From NCBI RefSeq assembly GCF_027887165.1, contig NC_077230.1, forward strand, positions 289,078,949 to 289,142,948: a stretch of 64,000 nt of DNA, in the 5' to 3' direction. The notes below the pieces were generated by a model. The model had not been told where the DNA came from. It searched no databases and saw nothing but the letters and a program-made list of their open reading frames with translations. The stretch's first letter is position 1; every line of letters begins with the position of its first letter. Below, one piece after another: positions 37,666 through 51,987 of the stretch. This stretch comes from Monodelphis domestica (taxonomy: Eukaryota). The translations under genes and the position numbers were made by a program.

Positions 37666-40600
37666 CTTTGAAAGAGAAACAAGCATTCAGAAGTGTTCGA
37701 TAAACTCAAATGAAATTTTTTGTTATCATGCTGCTGTAGAATAAATAGATCCATAAATGACAAAGACATGCAAGTATAGACAAAGCATTTATTTACATCC
37801 AAGGTAATATACACAAAAAGGTTTAAGACATATGGTACCTGCTAGCCATGTGTTTGTAAGCTGTGTAGAAAGAGAAGATACAAAAATCACTAGTACAAAT
37901 AGCACTGTCAAACAGTAGTAATATCAGAGTTTATTAAAAACAAGTGCACTTTTGGCTGAGGGAATTATGAGATTAACAAGAACCAAGTCTGAGCTTGTCC
38001 CCTGAAAGACTTTTAATCAGCAGATTAATAAGAGAGATTTCAGATAAGGGAAACAGTTTGCTCTGAGCAAAGGGCCAAGGGAGCAAAACACAAGATAAAT
38101 TTGGGAGCACAAGTATATCATTTTGGTTAGTGAAGTTATACAACATGAACTAGAAAAATTAAATTGAAGCTAAAGGTCTTTGAATTCTAGGATAAGAGTT
38201 TGGACTTTATCCTGCAGGCCTTAAATTCTGAGTGGAGAAGTTTTGAAACAAAAGAAAATTTTAGAAAGAAAAGTGAAGAGATGGTGACAGGGAAGGGATT
38301 ATATGGTATTCCAGCAGTTAGAAGTCACTGCAGTAATCAAGTCATGATCTATGGATAGTGACAATGGGAAAGTCCACCAGCAAACATTTATTAAGTGCAA
38401 CCACGTGCCAGGCATTAGGAGCTGAAGAGACAAACAAAAATGAACCCCATCGGGGAGCTTATATTATAATAGGGAAGACAGCATGTAGATATCTATATGA
38501 TAAAATTGTGGCGGGAAGGACATTAGTGGGATAATCATAAAAGACTTCATAAAGAAGGCAGTATATGAGAAGAGTTTAGAAGGCAAAAAGGGAGCATGAG
38601 AGGAAAACAGCATTTCTAGGTAAGGGGCTGAGAAATGGCATGCTTTAGGGGAAAAAAAAACCCCCAACACTTTAGAAAGCCAGTTTGGTGGGATAGTAAA
38701 GTGCAAGAAATGGAATGGTCTGTACCTGTGTTGGGGAACCTATGCCATGTGTGTTGGAGGGGGGTTGCTCCCCTCCCCTTCTCCACATGCACCTGATGAC
38801 ATTTCTCACATGAACTGCCCCTCTGCCTAGCAACCCAATGGGAGTGCTTCCTCCCTCCAGTCTAGGGTAAGGCTCTGGGGGCTCACGTGAGGCGTGAGGT
38901 TGCAATTTCAGCACTGAGGTTCTAATGTTTCTAAAAAGTTTGCCATCACTGGTCTATACTAAAGCTGGAAATTATAGGTTAGAGCTATAAAGTAAAGGAC
39001 TGTAAAAGCTAAACAGAAGGGTTTATATATTTATCCCAGAGGCAAAAGGGACTATTAAAATGGATTGAGTAATGGGAGTTAGATGGCTCAATGGATAGGA
39101 GAGCCAGACCTTAAGATGGGAGATCCTAGGTTCAAATATGGCTGTGTGAACAAAGAGAAGAGGACAAATGAATGGTATGTTATAAAATGAGAAACAGCAA
39201 GTTTGGGCAACTGATAAGTGGGATAATGGAGAAGAAAGAATCAAAGTTGCAAACCTGTGTTGTCTGAAAGACAATCAACAGAAGTAGGAAAGTTTGGAAG
39301 AAAAGTAAGATTTGGGGAAAAGAAAAGTTCAGTCTGAGATACAATTGAGTTTGAGATGCTTAAGAGGCATCTACTTTGAAATACTCAAAATAGGCAATTG
39401 GAAATGTGCCACAGGACCTCAGGAGGAATCCTCTTGGGTCTGGATTTAGGAATCATCTGCATAGAAACAATAATTAAACCTATGGGAACTGGTGAGGTCA
39501 CCAAGTGAGAGAATGTCCAAAAAGAATTAGGGAGAGCTCAGGACCAAGCCTTGAACTATATCCACACCTGGGGGATGATAAACACATGGGTAATAAACCA
39601 ACATAGTAGACTTAAGGAGTGACCAGTTTTAAGGCTAAAGTTATTGGAAGCAAAAAACAAGCACCATAAATCAAAATAAAGAAGCCATATGATGATTAAA
39701 ATTGAAAGAGACTTCATAGGTCATTGTTTACATTTATCATACAGATGAAGAAATTGAGGCCAAGGGAACTAAAGAGACCTGTGTCAGTTAAGTTTTGGAG
39801 GGTCAGAATTGAATCCAAGTCCTCAAACTTCAGAGCAATTGTTCTTTTTCACTATACCATACTGTCTCAAAAAGAAAGAGATTCAAGATTTAGACAACAG
39901 CTGAGCTGATTGATAATGCATAATCCACATAGAAACGTCCAATGGACAACTGAATGTGCAATTGGAGCTTGAAAATGAAGTCAGGACTATGATTAAAGGG
40001 CAGAGGGAAAAAAATGCTCCTAAGTATAATCTATTTTGAGCTGGTAAAAAAAATATGAAAGGAATTTTTTTCTTAATCAATTAATAAGAAACTATAGACA
40101 GTGAAAAAATATTACTATCTTCTACCATGAAAAGTCATTGCCTTAAATCATTATAGAAAAGCCAACATACAAGCTTTATATGCAAACTGCTTTTCAGTAA
40201 TCTCCCTACATTACATTGTCATTAATACCTCAAAAAAAAAAAACCCACCATGATTTCAATTAGCATATTTACCCCATCTATTGACACATAACCTCTTTAC
40301 ACCTCAACAGACTATCATTTGGGCTTCCATTGCCAAAAAAGTTCATCATCTGGTATCTAACATTTTGTTGATGAGATTACCCAACACTGAAGATGGTCAC
40401 ACAGTTTATCACTTGGCCTTTCAGAGTTCATGCTCCACTGGCATATCTAAAAAAATTGCTGGTCAACTTGTGCAGGGACACTAACAGAACTTTGATTTTC
40501 TAATATGGCAATATTTTCAATTGTATCAGATATACATAAGAAATCAGAATCAAGATATTAAATAACTGAGCTACATTCAGCTTGATCACAGATGAACAAT

Positions 40601-40923
40601 GAGAATCATGAACCAATTCTTATTTCAGTGAGCTTTCTGTTTACTCTGAAGCATCTTTCTGCTTTTAACATAGTAGAATACTCTTAACTAGTTAGTACTA
40701 GAGATAATTATTCTTTTTATAAATGCCATATGGCAGGATTAAGCATGTCCAGTTGGAATTCTGATATCATACTTATAAAACCCTTAAATCTCTGAGATTA
40801 GAACATGAATCCTCTGTTATAGATCTGTAATTAAAATTCTATAATATATTAGTGTCATTTTCTGGTTACTACTGGTCTATCAATACAACTTCTATCATTG
40901 TGTAGCTTGTATGTTTATATTAC

Positions 40924-41089
40924 CTGAATTTCTTCACGTTCCTTTCTATCTGGAATTGCTCTTGCTGTTGTAGTGTATTTTTCAAATACTCTGCGTTCTT
41001 TTTGTAACTTTCGCATTTCCTCCTTTTTAAACTCTTCAATTCGAGCCAATTCTTTTGCTTTCTGCTGTTCAAAGTCTGCAATCTCTTTT
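40924..41089 (-). CDS. CENPJ: CENPJ exon 9 (coiled coil), encoding (R)[55 protein letters not shown].
   Basis: The acceptor tgatcaatttAG is at + 41090-41091 and the donor GTAATA at + 40923-40918. The 166 nt break down as 1 + 55 codons. Note that the 6-frame ORF at 40920-41135 is in the wrong frame; the true frame was recovered by the match to human [45 protein letters not shown]. Confidence 0.9.
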
Positions 41090-42084
41090 CTAAATTGATC
41101 AAATACAAGTACATCTTATCATCTAGAATATCCAATAGAGTAATCCAAATGTCTTATCAATATGGAATTTTAATGTGACAACCTGCACCACCAAAGTCAG
41201 GGAACTAGTATAAAACAAATATCATCTAAATATGGCAATATCCTCAGTTACATCAAATATCCAATAGGATATTAAAAAACTGAGTTAACAATTGTTGATA
41301 AAAGTTCCCACAAAGGAGATATACATTCCTACCAGATAGTCTTTGAACTTCTAATTCATGGCTATGAATTCTACAATATAACCAAAGAAATAAGGCACCT
41401 TCTAATTTTTATTGCCTATATAAAAAGTACATTAGACCAATAGTCAGACTATCTGGGTCTCATTCCAGCTCTGCTTGTTGTGACTTTGGAGAAGTAATTT
41501 ATTTTCATTTACCTTCATTTTCTTCAATTGCAAAATAAGCTACAAAGTTAATGTCTGTTGGCTCTATAATGTTTCATGCTCAAACTACAAAAATTAGAGT
41601 AATTTCTTCAAGATGGAGCCATGACAGGGTAACCTTTAGTTTTGCTAGGCAATCAAACCTGTGAATTTACTCTTAAATTAAAATGTGGCAAAGAAGCCTT
41701 TTTAGAATAGCAATTTCCTAAGTTAAGATTTAACAATTCTTTTGGGGCTTGATCTCCCTCTAGCTTATTGATTAATACCAGAACCCAGCATCTGTCCATA
41801 AGCTAGTTCTGAGAAGGCAGGTTTATGCAGGCTTGTTTTACACACCTGCCAAAATGGATAATGTATTTAGACATAAAGGTTAATATAAGTAAATTAAGGG
41901 AGCATGGAAAAATATACCTGTCAGATCTACAGATGAGAAGAGTTTATGTCTAAATGAGATGTAGTGAATTGAATTACAGGAAGTAAAATAGATAATTCTG
42001 ATTACACCAAATTAAAAGGTTTTACATAAACAAAACCAATGTAGCCAAAATTAGAAGCAGGAAACAAAAAAAAATGTTTTTTAC

Positions 42085-43325
42085 AACAAATTTCTCTGAT
42101 AAAGGCTTCATTTCTCAAACATATAGAGAAAGGAATGAGATTTTTGAGAATATAAGTCATTCCCAAATTGATAAATGGACAAAGGATACAAACAGGCAGT
42201 TTTCAGAAGAAAAATCAAACCATCTATAGTCATATGAAAATACTATCTAACTCAATTAGAGAAATGCAAATTAAAACCCTGTGGTACTACCTCACACTTC
42301 ACAGATTGGTTAACATTATAGAAAAGGAAAATGATAAATACTGGTGAGGATGTGGAAAAATTGGACAATAATGTACTGTTGGTGGAGCTTTGAACTAGTC
42401 TAACCATTCTAGAAAATGCTTTGGAACTATGCCCAAAGAGTTATAAAACTATGTATATCCTTTGAACCAGTAATGTACTACTGTACATACAAAGAGATCA
42501 AAGAAAAAGACTCATAAGTACAAAACTACTTATGACAAGTCTCTCTGTGGTGGCAAAAAATTGGAAATTGAAGATCCTGCCCATCTATTGGAGAATGGCT
42601 GAAAAAGTTATGGTACATATTTATGAAGCAACACTTTTTTTTTTAGCTTTTTAATACTATTTTATTTTTTCCTGAATTATATGTGAAAATAATTTTTAAT
42701 ATGCTTGGTTTTCTCATTTGAGCCAAATTCTCCCTCCTTCCTCCTTCCCTCTCCTCTCTGGAAAAGCAAGCAATCTGATATAGATTTTACATGTGCAATA
42801 ATGTAAAACAACTTTCCACATTGGTCATTTTGTGGATGTGAACTTGAACCAAAAAAATGAAGAAAATGAAAGAGTATGCTTCAGTCTGCAATCAGAGTGA
42901 TGGAACACTATTATGCTTTAAGAAATGATGAGCAATATGGTTTCAGAAAAAAATTGGGACCTTAGCTACTCTAGTCAAGACCATCATCAAGATAACTCAA
43001 AAGAATCTGTGATAAAAAATGCTCTCTACCTCCGGAGAGAGAACTTAAAAACTCTGAATGCAGATTAAAGCATACTTTTTTACTTAGTTTATATTTATTG
43101 TGGGGTTTTGTTTTCTTTTGCAACATAATATAGAAATATATTTTTGCATGCCCTCACATGTATAACTTTTTTTTCCTCACAGGTAAAACTGAAATAAAAC
43201 TGCTTGTCAGAGGGAGAGAGGTGAGAAGGAAAGAGTACAGAACTCAAAAAGATTTTAATGAATGCTTATAATTTTTGTTTACAGGTAATTAAGAAAGAAG
43301 CAAATGTAATAAAATAAAAAACAAA
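42085..43325 (+). mobile_element. L1 3'-end fragment (ORF2 tail plus a long 3' UTR).
   Basis: It contains MQIKTLWYYLTLHRLVNIIEKENDKYW...LWNYAQRVIKLCISFEPVM...LSVVAKNWKLKILPIYWRMAEKVMVHIYEATL-like sequence (42230-42640) and a poly-T/A-rich tail. It ends about 70 bp before the exon 8 acceptor. Confidence 0.75.
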
Positions 43326-43397
43326 GACATTTATAAGAATCTTGCCAACAACCTACCTATCTGTACTGCATCACACTCTGGAGATCCACAAACTTAC

Positions 43398-43530
43398 CTG
43401 AGATTTTCTAAGGCATTTTCTCTTTCACTGCGGAGTTTAGCTAATGATGCATTTTCAGCTTTAAATCTTTCAATTTCTGTTTCCAATTCAACAACTTTCT
43501 CTCTTAAAATCTGGGAGCGAACACTATCAC
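43398..43530 (-). CDS. CENPJ: CENPJ exon 8, encoding (G)[43 protein letters not shown] plus 2 hanging nucleotides.
   Basis: The acceptor tatgttgtAG is at + 43531-43532 and the donor GTAAGT at + 43397-43392. The length is 133 nt. It matches human [42 protein letters not shown]. Confidence 0.9.
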
Positions 43531-44613
43531 CTACAACATATAAAATAATATGCAAACTAAGTTGTAATTAGAAAACCTACTATACAATATATGTATTTTA
43601 TTGATTGAATTGCTTGTCTGCTCCAGGAGGGGGAAAGAAAGGAGGAACAGAGACAATCTAGATCATATAACTTTGGAAAACTTATGTAGAAATGTGTTAT
43701 TACATGTAATTGGTAAAATAATGAATTGATTAACCAGAGCAGAAAAAAGGAAGAAAACCTATTAAATAATATCTTGCCTTTCAAGTGATAACAATATATA
43801 GGTACTTTACAGTTAAATGACTTAAAAGGTCTGCTCCAGTTAATCAAAACAATGCAAATTGGTAGAATTTCCCCAAATTTAGAAGTCTTATAAAAAAATA
43901 TATTACTACACTTCAGATTGTTAAAAATCCTATCACCCACACTGTGCTATAAACTAAAGTCATATACAGTCAAATTTGATGATGAATTGATCAATGCCAG
44001 GTTAATGTTCTGGGCAAAACAGGTCTTTCCTATCTCACATATACACATTCTCATCTCTCATTCTCTGTATGAAGGGGAAATCTTCAAAGAAATTAAAAGT
44101 CTGCTGGAACTCATGTTCCTGCAAGGTAAGAGTAATGGATTCCTTTACACTTTCCCTTTGTGGTTAATTTGTTTATGAAAGGTATTAGAATATTGTTTCA
44201 TATATGAATATAGACATATGGAAAACAACTACATGGCTTTCCATTCTTTTTTTCTTCTAAACCCTTTTACTAGACTGTCCCAATGTCTGGGTCAGATCCA
44301 TTAAATAAACTTCCTTCCACTCTGCTCTTAAAGTATTTTTTTGGTACCTTACCACATCTGACTATACTATAGTGATCTACACATATCCATGTTCCCTTCT
44401 GGACTATAAACTCTATAGGAGCCTAGACTATAATTTGTTCATCCTTGGTCAGGAAGTACTTTGACAAACCTCACATAGGAGTATGCAATCAACAAACGTT
44501 TTTCAAATTGATGATTCATTAGTGAAGGGAAAGCATTTTACTAAAATGAATCCTAGAATAAATTTTGGCCTTACAGCATTTTGATAAATCTTTAGTCTTT
44601 TATAATGACTTAC

Positions 44614-46231
44614 CAAGTGGTTGTTCTTGGCTTTTGTTTAATTCAGGTTCAGTTGCTAAGTGTGTGTCTGACCTAGGTTTAGGCTTCAGAGAAGGAAAGA
44701 ATTTCATCATCAGATCAGAAGGAGGATTTTTTATACTCTTACTGGATTTACATAAATCATCTCCTTTCTTTATAGGTGCAACCTTCCTTTTTATTGCTTT
44801 GTCCAAATTAGCTATTTCAGTTTTACTATAATAATCCATCAGTGGAAGTTCATTAACTGCTTCATTCCCAAATATGTCATGTTTACTTTCATTTTCTTCA
44901 AGATCAGTCCATGTTCTCTCATCATCAAAGTCAATATTATTCATATTTGTACATGATGCCTTTCTTGAAGCCTCAGGAACTTTATCATTCATGCTTTCAA
45001 TCATGATGGATTCATCACTACTGTCATCTTTATCTGACAAATCCAGATCAATATCCCTGCTTTTACCCTCCTTCCTGGTGTCTCTGAAAGGTCCTTTACC
45101 ATCACTCTTCTCAGGATTATCCTCTCTGCAGCTGCTGAAAACCTTTTTCGTATCTTCATTTGTTGCTTTTATGGTGTTATCTAGTTGCTCTTCAAAGTCA
45201 CTGCTGATAACACTGTTCCCATCATCTTCATCCTCACTTACACTCCACTTCATTTGATTCTCAGTAGGAGTTTGAAATGTTTTTTTGCTGGGTTTGCTAA
45301 TTTGTTCTTTCAAACTAAGAGGTGAAGTTCTCAATTCAAGATGTTTTGTTATTTCATATACATTCTTATCTTCTTGTTTAATATGGTCCAATTTTTTATT
45401 TTGGTTATATGGAATAACAATATCTGTGACATTTGTTTTTACTTGCTGCCCTAATTTGACAGGGGTTGAAGACATTCTGTGACTTTTGCTAACCTGTTGA
45501 TCTCTTTCTAAGATTTTTAATACAAATGAAGAATTACTAGAGAATGATATTTCATCAGCAGCTTGTTCTAAGAACAAAAATTCATCTAACTCCAAGTTTT
45601 CCTTTTCTTTTTCTTTTTCCCAATTGTCTAATTTCTTCTGAAATGAAATTTCAAAAGAAAATTCTGGATCCTTTACAATATGACCCATAGAGCTTTTAGA
45701 AACAGAGGGGTTGTTGTTCAACTCTGTAGAAATAAGCGGCTTTTCTATGCATTGTGGCTTATTTCTGACTGTGCAACCAATTTCAAAAGGTTTTGTACAC
45801 TCTGGAATATTTTCTTTATTAGGTTCTAACTTACTGTTTTTTTCAAATTTTATCTGATCTCTAAACTGCCCATCAAATTTCTTTCCAATTTGCATTTTCA
45901 TTTTTGATGGAGAAATAATTTTCCCATTATTAGTCCTAAGTACTTTTGCCTTCTGAGGATCTATAGCAGAACTGGTCTTGGTTCTGACTTGATTACTCTT
46001 TTTCATCTCTGTAACTGGTTCCTTATTTACAAGGGCAGTTTTCCGCTGCATTTGTTGTCTGTCAGCTTTAAACACAGGTTGTTCTTCTGGCATGCTTTGA
46101 TGAGTCAGTAATTTGTTCTCTTTTGATTTCCAAGATTTAGATTTAGCATTAGTAAACCTAGCTAGGCCTTCTCCTCGTTTTAAGAATGGTCGTTTTGGTA
46201 TTGCTTTGGCCAGCGATGACATTTCTGCTTC
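44614..46231 (-). CDS. CENPJ: CENPJ exon 7, the large 1,618-nt exon. It encodes EAEMSSLAKAIPKRPFLKRGEGLARFTNAKSKSWKSKENKLL...DLDLSDKDDSSDESIMIESMNDK...MMKFFPSLKPKPRSDTHLATEPELNKSQEQPL plus 1 hanging nucleotide.
   Basis: It coincides with the 540-aa minus ORF at 44600-46222. The acceptor tttttttttAG is at + 46232-46233 and the donor GTAAGT at + 44613-44608. Several blocks are conserved with human CPAP (PFLKRGEGLARFTNAKSK; ENLELDEFLFLEQAADEISFSSNSSFVLKILERDQQ; DLDLSDKD.SSDESIME; DFDDERTWTDLEEN; SELMMKFFPSLKPKP). Confidence 0.92.
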
Positions 46232-46377
46232 CTAAAAAAAAATAAAAGAATATTCTAATTAATTTTTGATATTATTGAGTAATAGTTAAGGTACTTTTAA
46301 GGTGAAGTAACATAATGACAAGTTCTTAAAGGGATGAGTTCTTAAGATAGTTTAGTCAGAACATTTGAAATGCGAAC

Positions 46378-46480
46378 CTGTAGCTGCTTTTGTTTCAGTT
46401 CCTCTTCTTCTATCTGAATCTGTTCCTCTAAGAATTCTTCATATGTCTGTTTCCTTTCTCTAATAGCAGCTTTAATTGGC
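46378..46480 (-). CDS. CENPJ: CENPJ exon 6, encoding (R)[34 protein letters not shown].
   Basis: The acceptor ttcattatcAG is at + 46481-46482 and the donor GTTCGC at + 46377-46372. The 103 nt break down as 1 + 34 codons. It matches human [35 protein letters not shown]. Confidence 0.9.
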
Positions 46481-48182
46481 CTGATAATGAAAGTAAAATT
46501 ATGAAGCACATCAATCCTGATGGTAAAACATTCAATGTGAAGTGTCACACTGAGACTCTTAAGAATAAGTTTTAAACTTTAAAAGGTAATATTTACTATT
46601 TAATAAATCATTTTTAGAAACACAATCTAAACAAATGTATCTGATACATTAATACTCTAACATAATAGATCACAGTGAGTCCACATAATACAGTATACCC
46701 TCAGAAATAGAAAGATATCACTTCAATGTGAACATTTTAATAATATGCTAAGAATTGTTTAGTATTTCAAACTATTAAGATTTGTAGTTATGCTACTCAA
46801 TTAAAACTAGAAAATGCTACCATACGTGCTAATTTTTATACTTTTATTTTTCCTTTTTCCAAAGAAGGATTTTGCCCAAGATTTATGACAGAAATCATAT
46901 ATCTGAGATCTAGTTTGGGTACTTTTCTCAAGTAAAAAAACTGACACTTCTATACTCCTAATATGCCACTACCAAAACTACCAACTTTGCCAGCTTTCAT
47001 CTCTCTCACAAGATAAGCATTATTTCAATCTTATGCCAAAAAGTATGATCAAGTAAAAGAAAATAACATTACTGGGCATTCTTCCTGCAATATTCAACAA
47101 GTCTGACTGCCTCTTCCCTCTAAAGAGCCCCAGTGACAGTGCTCTCACCTGGTTCTCTTCCCACTATCTGAACCCTCCTTCTCATTCTTCTTTGTAAGCC
47201 CATTTTCTCCCAAGTGGTCTTCTGGTACCCTCTTTTCTTTTTGTCCCATTTTCCTTGAGTCTTGCCTGGTTCCAAGGGTTCAATTATTGCCTCTACCCAG
47301 GATGAAATCAGTAAGCTAGTTCTTAATCCCTCCCCTGAACTGTAGTCGCCTATCCCTGGATATTCTACCAGCACTTCAAAATCATGTTTAACACTGAATT
47401 TCTCATATGCTCTCTCCCAACTCTAGCCTATTTCTGTTAATGGCACCATGAACCTCTCAGTCACCCAGAATTTTTTTGATGTAATTGTCATCCATTTATT
47501 ATATTTTGGTAAAGCTATTCTCAAGATTCTCTAAAGCTTCTACAGTCAAGGTTAACTAGGGTTCATGGAAAGATTTTAGGAAGGTGGTAAATTTGGATGG
47601 GGAAAAAATTACATTTTTATTTCCTTTAGCCTTTGGTGGAAATTTACCATTTCCTACAATTATGAGTTAAAAATTTACTATTTCCTATAGTTATGAGGCT
47701 TCAGATTATCATGGATTCTGACAAAAAAAAAGTCCCCTGCTTTAGAAAATAATAGTAATAATGTTCCTAACAAATGACAAAAATAATAACCACCACCAAA
47801 AACAGTAACAATTGCCATTTTATCGAGCACTTAGAAATTTGCAAAATTTTTTGGATATATGCTTTCTCTTTTACCTCCCAGCAACCCCGTGGGTTAGGAA
47901 AGATTCCTATTATTGCAGAAACACTTCATTGTTTGTGATGCCTAATTATGGACTATTTGGCACTGAGGAAACCAGAGGAATGTACCTCCTACTAAAATTC
48001 CTGAAAAGGAACTTTTCTTTTGCTGTTATGGAAATAAAATGACAGAAAAAATATATTCATAGATTTTGTTTTTCCTTTTTCCAAAGAAGGATTTTGCCTA
48101 AGATTTATGACAGTACCTAACCATCCATTTTTATTCAGGAATCTGAATCTGAATCAGAATCTACTGGCAGTATGGTTTTAAA

Positions 48183-48187
<5 letters not shown>

Positions 48188-48239
<52 letters not shown>
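48188..48239. repeat. (GA)n microsatellite of about 26 units.
   Basis: aaagagagagagagagagagagagagagagagagagagagagagagagagagaa. Confidence 0.95.
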
Positions 48240-48241
<2 letters not shown>

Positions 48242-51200
48242 TGTGCTTAAAAGCCAAAAGATCTGAACTTAAAGGCTGTCTCTGATGCTTAACAGCTTTT
48301 CAACTCCAGGCTAGTCTTTTATTGTCAGTGTCCCCATGAGTATAATGGAGAGAATCATACTGTACTACTTACCTCATAGGGAGGAAAGCAATATCCCAGC
48401 TTAGCTACTTACTAACTCTCCTGTAAGGATCAGGTATCCTATCTATATAGAAAGCCAGTCACCCAAACCCAAAACTTCAGTCATCTTCCCTCTCCCTCAG
48501 TTACCACATCTTGTCATTTCTATATCAACAACACCTAATTGCATCCACCCAATTGATAAAAATTTATTAAATGACTGCTAAATGCTATACAAAAGCTTGA
48601 GGATACAAATACAAAGAATGAAACAAGCCTAATCCCAAGAAGTGGCAATGAGTTACACATGTAAATATACAAAGATAACTCAAGGAAGGAAGAAAAGGAG
48701 GGAGGATGAGGAAATATTTCATGTAAAAGGGGGTGCCTGAACTACATTTTAAAGAAAGAGAAGGATTCTGGGAAACGGAGACAAGAGAGTATATTCCAGA
48801 TATGAGGACAGTCATTACAAAGGCATAGAAACAGATAATGGAATGTCATGCATCAGAAACAGAGTTAATGCCAGTCTGGTTGGATTACCAAGTACAAGAG
48901 TAAGTGAAATGTCCATAGGCTGGGACTATGTTGTGAAGGGCTTGGAAAGCTCAGTTGTAGAATTTATGTAGAGATGGCTATTATCCTAGAGCACCACAGA
49001 AGTTGAATAGAGGAGAGGTATAGTTGGATCTATACTTAAGGAAAAATGATTTAGCAGCTGTGTGAAGAATAGCCTGGAGACAGGGAAACCAGTGAGGAGG
49101 CCATTACAATAATCAAGGCAAGAGGTAATGAGGGATTTAACTATAGTGGTGGCCAAGTCAGTGGAGAGATACCACAGAAGGAAGAATGGCAGGATCTGTC
49201 AACTGAGTGAATTATGTAAGGGAGAGGTAGGATGAATTGAATTTCCTAACAAGATTATGATGCTAGATGACTGGCAGAATGGCGTTCAACAGGAACAAGG
49301 AGATTTGGAAAATGAGTAGGTCTGTGAGAGGAAGGTGGAGGAAAACAATTTTAAAAATCCGATATACAGGCAATAATACAGTACTAAAACTAATGAGAGA
49401 ATGAGGCAACAATATAACTCTAGGAGTCATCAACCTAGAAATGAAAGTTAAATCTATGGAAACTAATGAGGTTACTGAAACAGAGAGTATGGGGAGGAAA
49501 AAGGGCCCAGGACAGGTGTGGAGAATATTCACAAGTTAGGGATTGAGATTATTGCTGATAATCAAGCCAAACAAAGAAACTGAGAAATACAATCACACAA
49601 GGAAGAGAACCAGCAGAGGAGAGAGTATCCAGGAGGAAAGAGTGTTGAGTACTCAATAGTGTCAATTACAGCAGAGGTCAAAAAAGCTGAAAAAATATCA
49701 TCACTAAAAGATCATTAGTAACACTAGACAGAGTAGTTTCAGGTGAGTTATAAGCAAATCAAGATTGAAAATAACCCAAGAGATAAGAGAAAGAAGGAAG
49801 TAGAGGTAGCAAGTGCAGATATCTGTATCTGCTTTCTGCTTTACCCTCCAAACTGATCTCCCTACCTCCAGTATTTTTCCTCTCCAAGACATCTTTCAGA
49901 CCATCTTCATGTATCCAAAATCCAAAAGCCTTTTGGATTCTCATGGCCTAGGGAAGTAGTTGCCAAAATGAGGACTCTGTAATAGCCCTAAGGGGTGGGT
50001 GATCATCTAGAGAGTGGGTTCATGGGTTGTATTCCACCCTCCCCTGCCATAGCCAATAATGATTAAATTGTCTAACAGTACCACGACTCTCTTCAATACT
50101 CTTCCTTCCCATAGTTGACCTTCTGTGGCTTCAATGGGTCTGGGTCCCTCGAAGTGAGCAAGATATAACCTAATCCAACCCAGCACCTGAAAAAGTTGCA
50201 CAGGATAATTTCTAACACACTGCCCCTAGGGTCCCCTCACCCATTTCCTCCAGATCATGACAGCAGCAGGTTTCACGCTCTAGAGCAGGGAACAGCACCC
50301 TCCCCACATACTTTTTTCATTTTTCCATGGAAAAAAAGTATAGAAATATGGCTGGATTATAATTGTATTATCTTTACCTTAAAAGGTACCATTCATCTGA
50401 AAATCTCTATTTGGAGGGTGGGGGTTGGAGTAACACCACTGTCCTTCCAAGTAATCTCCTAGCATCTCAATTTCCTTATTCTTAACTCCCCACCAAAAAA
50501 GAAATTTCTCTGTTCAATGATCTCTGAATTGTCAAATCTAATGTCCTTTTCTTAATTTTCATCCTTTTAATAATGCCTCTCTGCTACATTGAACACAACT
50601 GCCCACCCTCTTTTCCCTTCTTTCTTCTAGCTGTATGATCATTCCTTCTCAAACTGCTTTGCTGGATCATCATTCATTTTGTATTCTCTAAGCTTGAATG
50701 TTCATCAAGCCTCTGTCCTGGTCTCTTCTCTTCTCCCTATAAAAGCTCTCATATAAGTTTTAATTATTGTTATGCAAATGTGTCCCCTCAGGTCTATGTC
50801 TCCACCTGAATCTTTCTCCTGAACTGACATTTTGACCTGAATATGCTCAAAGGCATCTTACATTTAAAATATTTAAAATAGACCTCATTACTTCTCTCCC
50901 CAAACTTAAAACTCTCTTTCAAAGTTCCATATTTCTTTTGAACATACCATCATCCTTCTATTTACCCAAGTTCTCAACCTTACCATTATCCTTGAATCTA
51001 ATCTTTACTCACCCCAAATATCTAGTTAGTTTTCAAATCTTGTTTCTTCCTCTAGAACATCTCTCACATCCCCTTCTCTCTACTCATAAAGTTTTGGGCC
51101 TTATCACTTCTCTGAGCTTCCTTCTTGATTTTTCTACCTCCAGTTTCTCCCCCTCCAATTCATTCTCCATAAATCTGCCAAAATAAATTTTTTTAATGTA

Positions 51201-51987
51201 GATCTGACCATATGACTCCTGTATTCAATAAGATTTCAGTAGTTACAAAGTTATTCTAGGATAAAATGTCATTATATCCATTTAAAATTTCTATTTCTAA
51301 GTTTTACAAGTTATCTAATTATTAGCATAATGGTACATGTAAATAATATATAAATACACATAATTGGAGTACATAAACTTTTTTTTGTTAATGGAGTGCA
51401 TGATCAAAAAAATTCTGGCCCAAAAGATTTAAGTTCTTCTATAAGTAGACCCTACCATTTTTTCTTATTTTCACACTACTTACCTTAACAGTTTATGTAA
51501 TAACTAAACCACACTATCAACTGTTCCCAGAACTTAAAGGGCTCTTTCCTATGGGTCTCACATTCACAAAGGCTGACCACCCACCCACCATACCTACAAT
51601 GTACTCCCTTTCATGTGTACCCCCTTTTAGAATCTTTCTCTCTCTTCAAGATTCAACTTAGTTACAACTTTTTCTTGCTAACCCTTTTCTGAGAGGACAG
51701 CTAAGTGTTCTCTCCCTACCTCTTAGTAATACCCTATATGGCATTATACTTATGTCTATGGATTTTATTCCTACAATAGAATGAGTACTACTTTTTAATC
51801 TTTGCAAACACAGCCTAATTCCTTATTCACAGCAGGTACATAGTAAAAGGTTTTAATTGAACCAAACCACATTTTTCAATATCAAGTAAAAAGATTCCCC
51901 ACCACTTAATAAATCTCATTTTCAATTATAATACCTTGAGGCAAATAAAAAACACATAATATCTAATGTGTTAATTAACATAGATAC

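Noticed and set aside
40920-41135. Minus [37 protein letters not shown]… from the 6-frame track.
   Set aside because: This is the wrong reading frame of a real CENPJ exon. The correct frame ([32 protein letters not shown]…) lies +1 relative to it and contains no ATG.
44565-45482. + strand ORFs at 44565-44831, 44874-45257 and 45285-45482.
   Set aside because: They are antisense to the 1.6-kb CENPJ exon 7. They are serine/leucine-rich shadow ORFs with no independent support.
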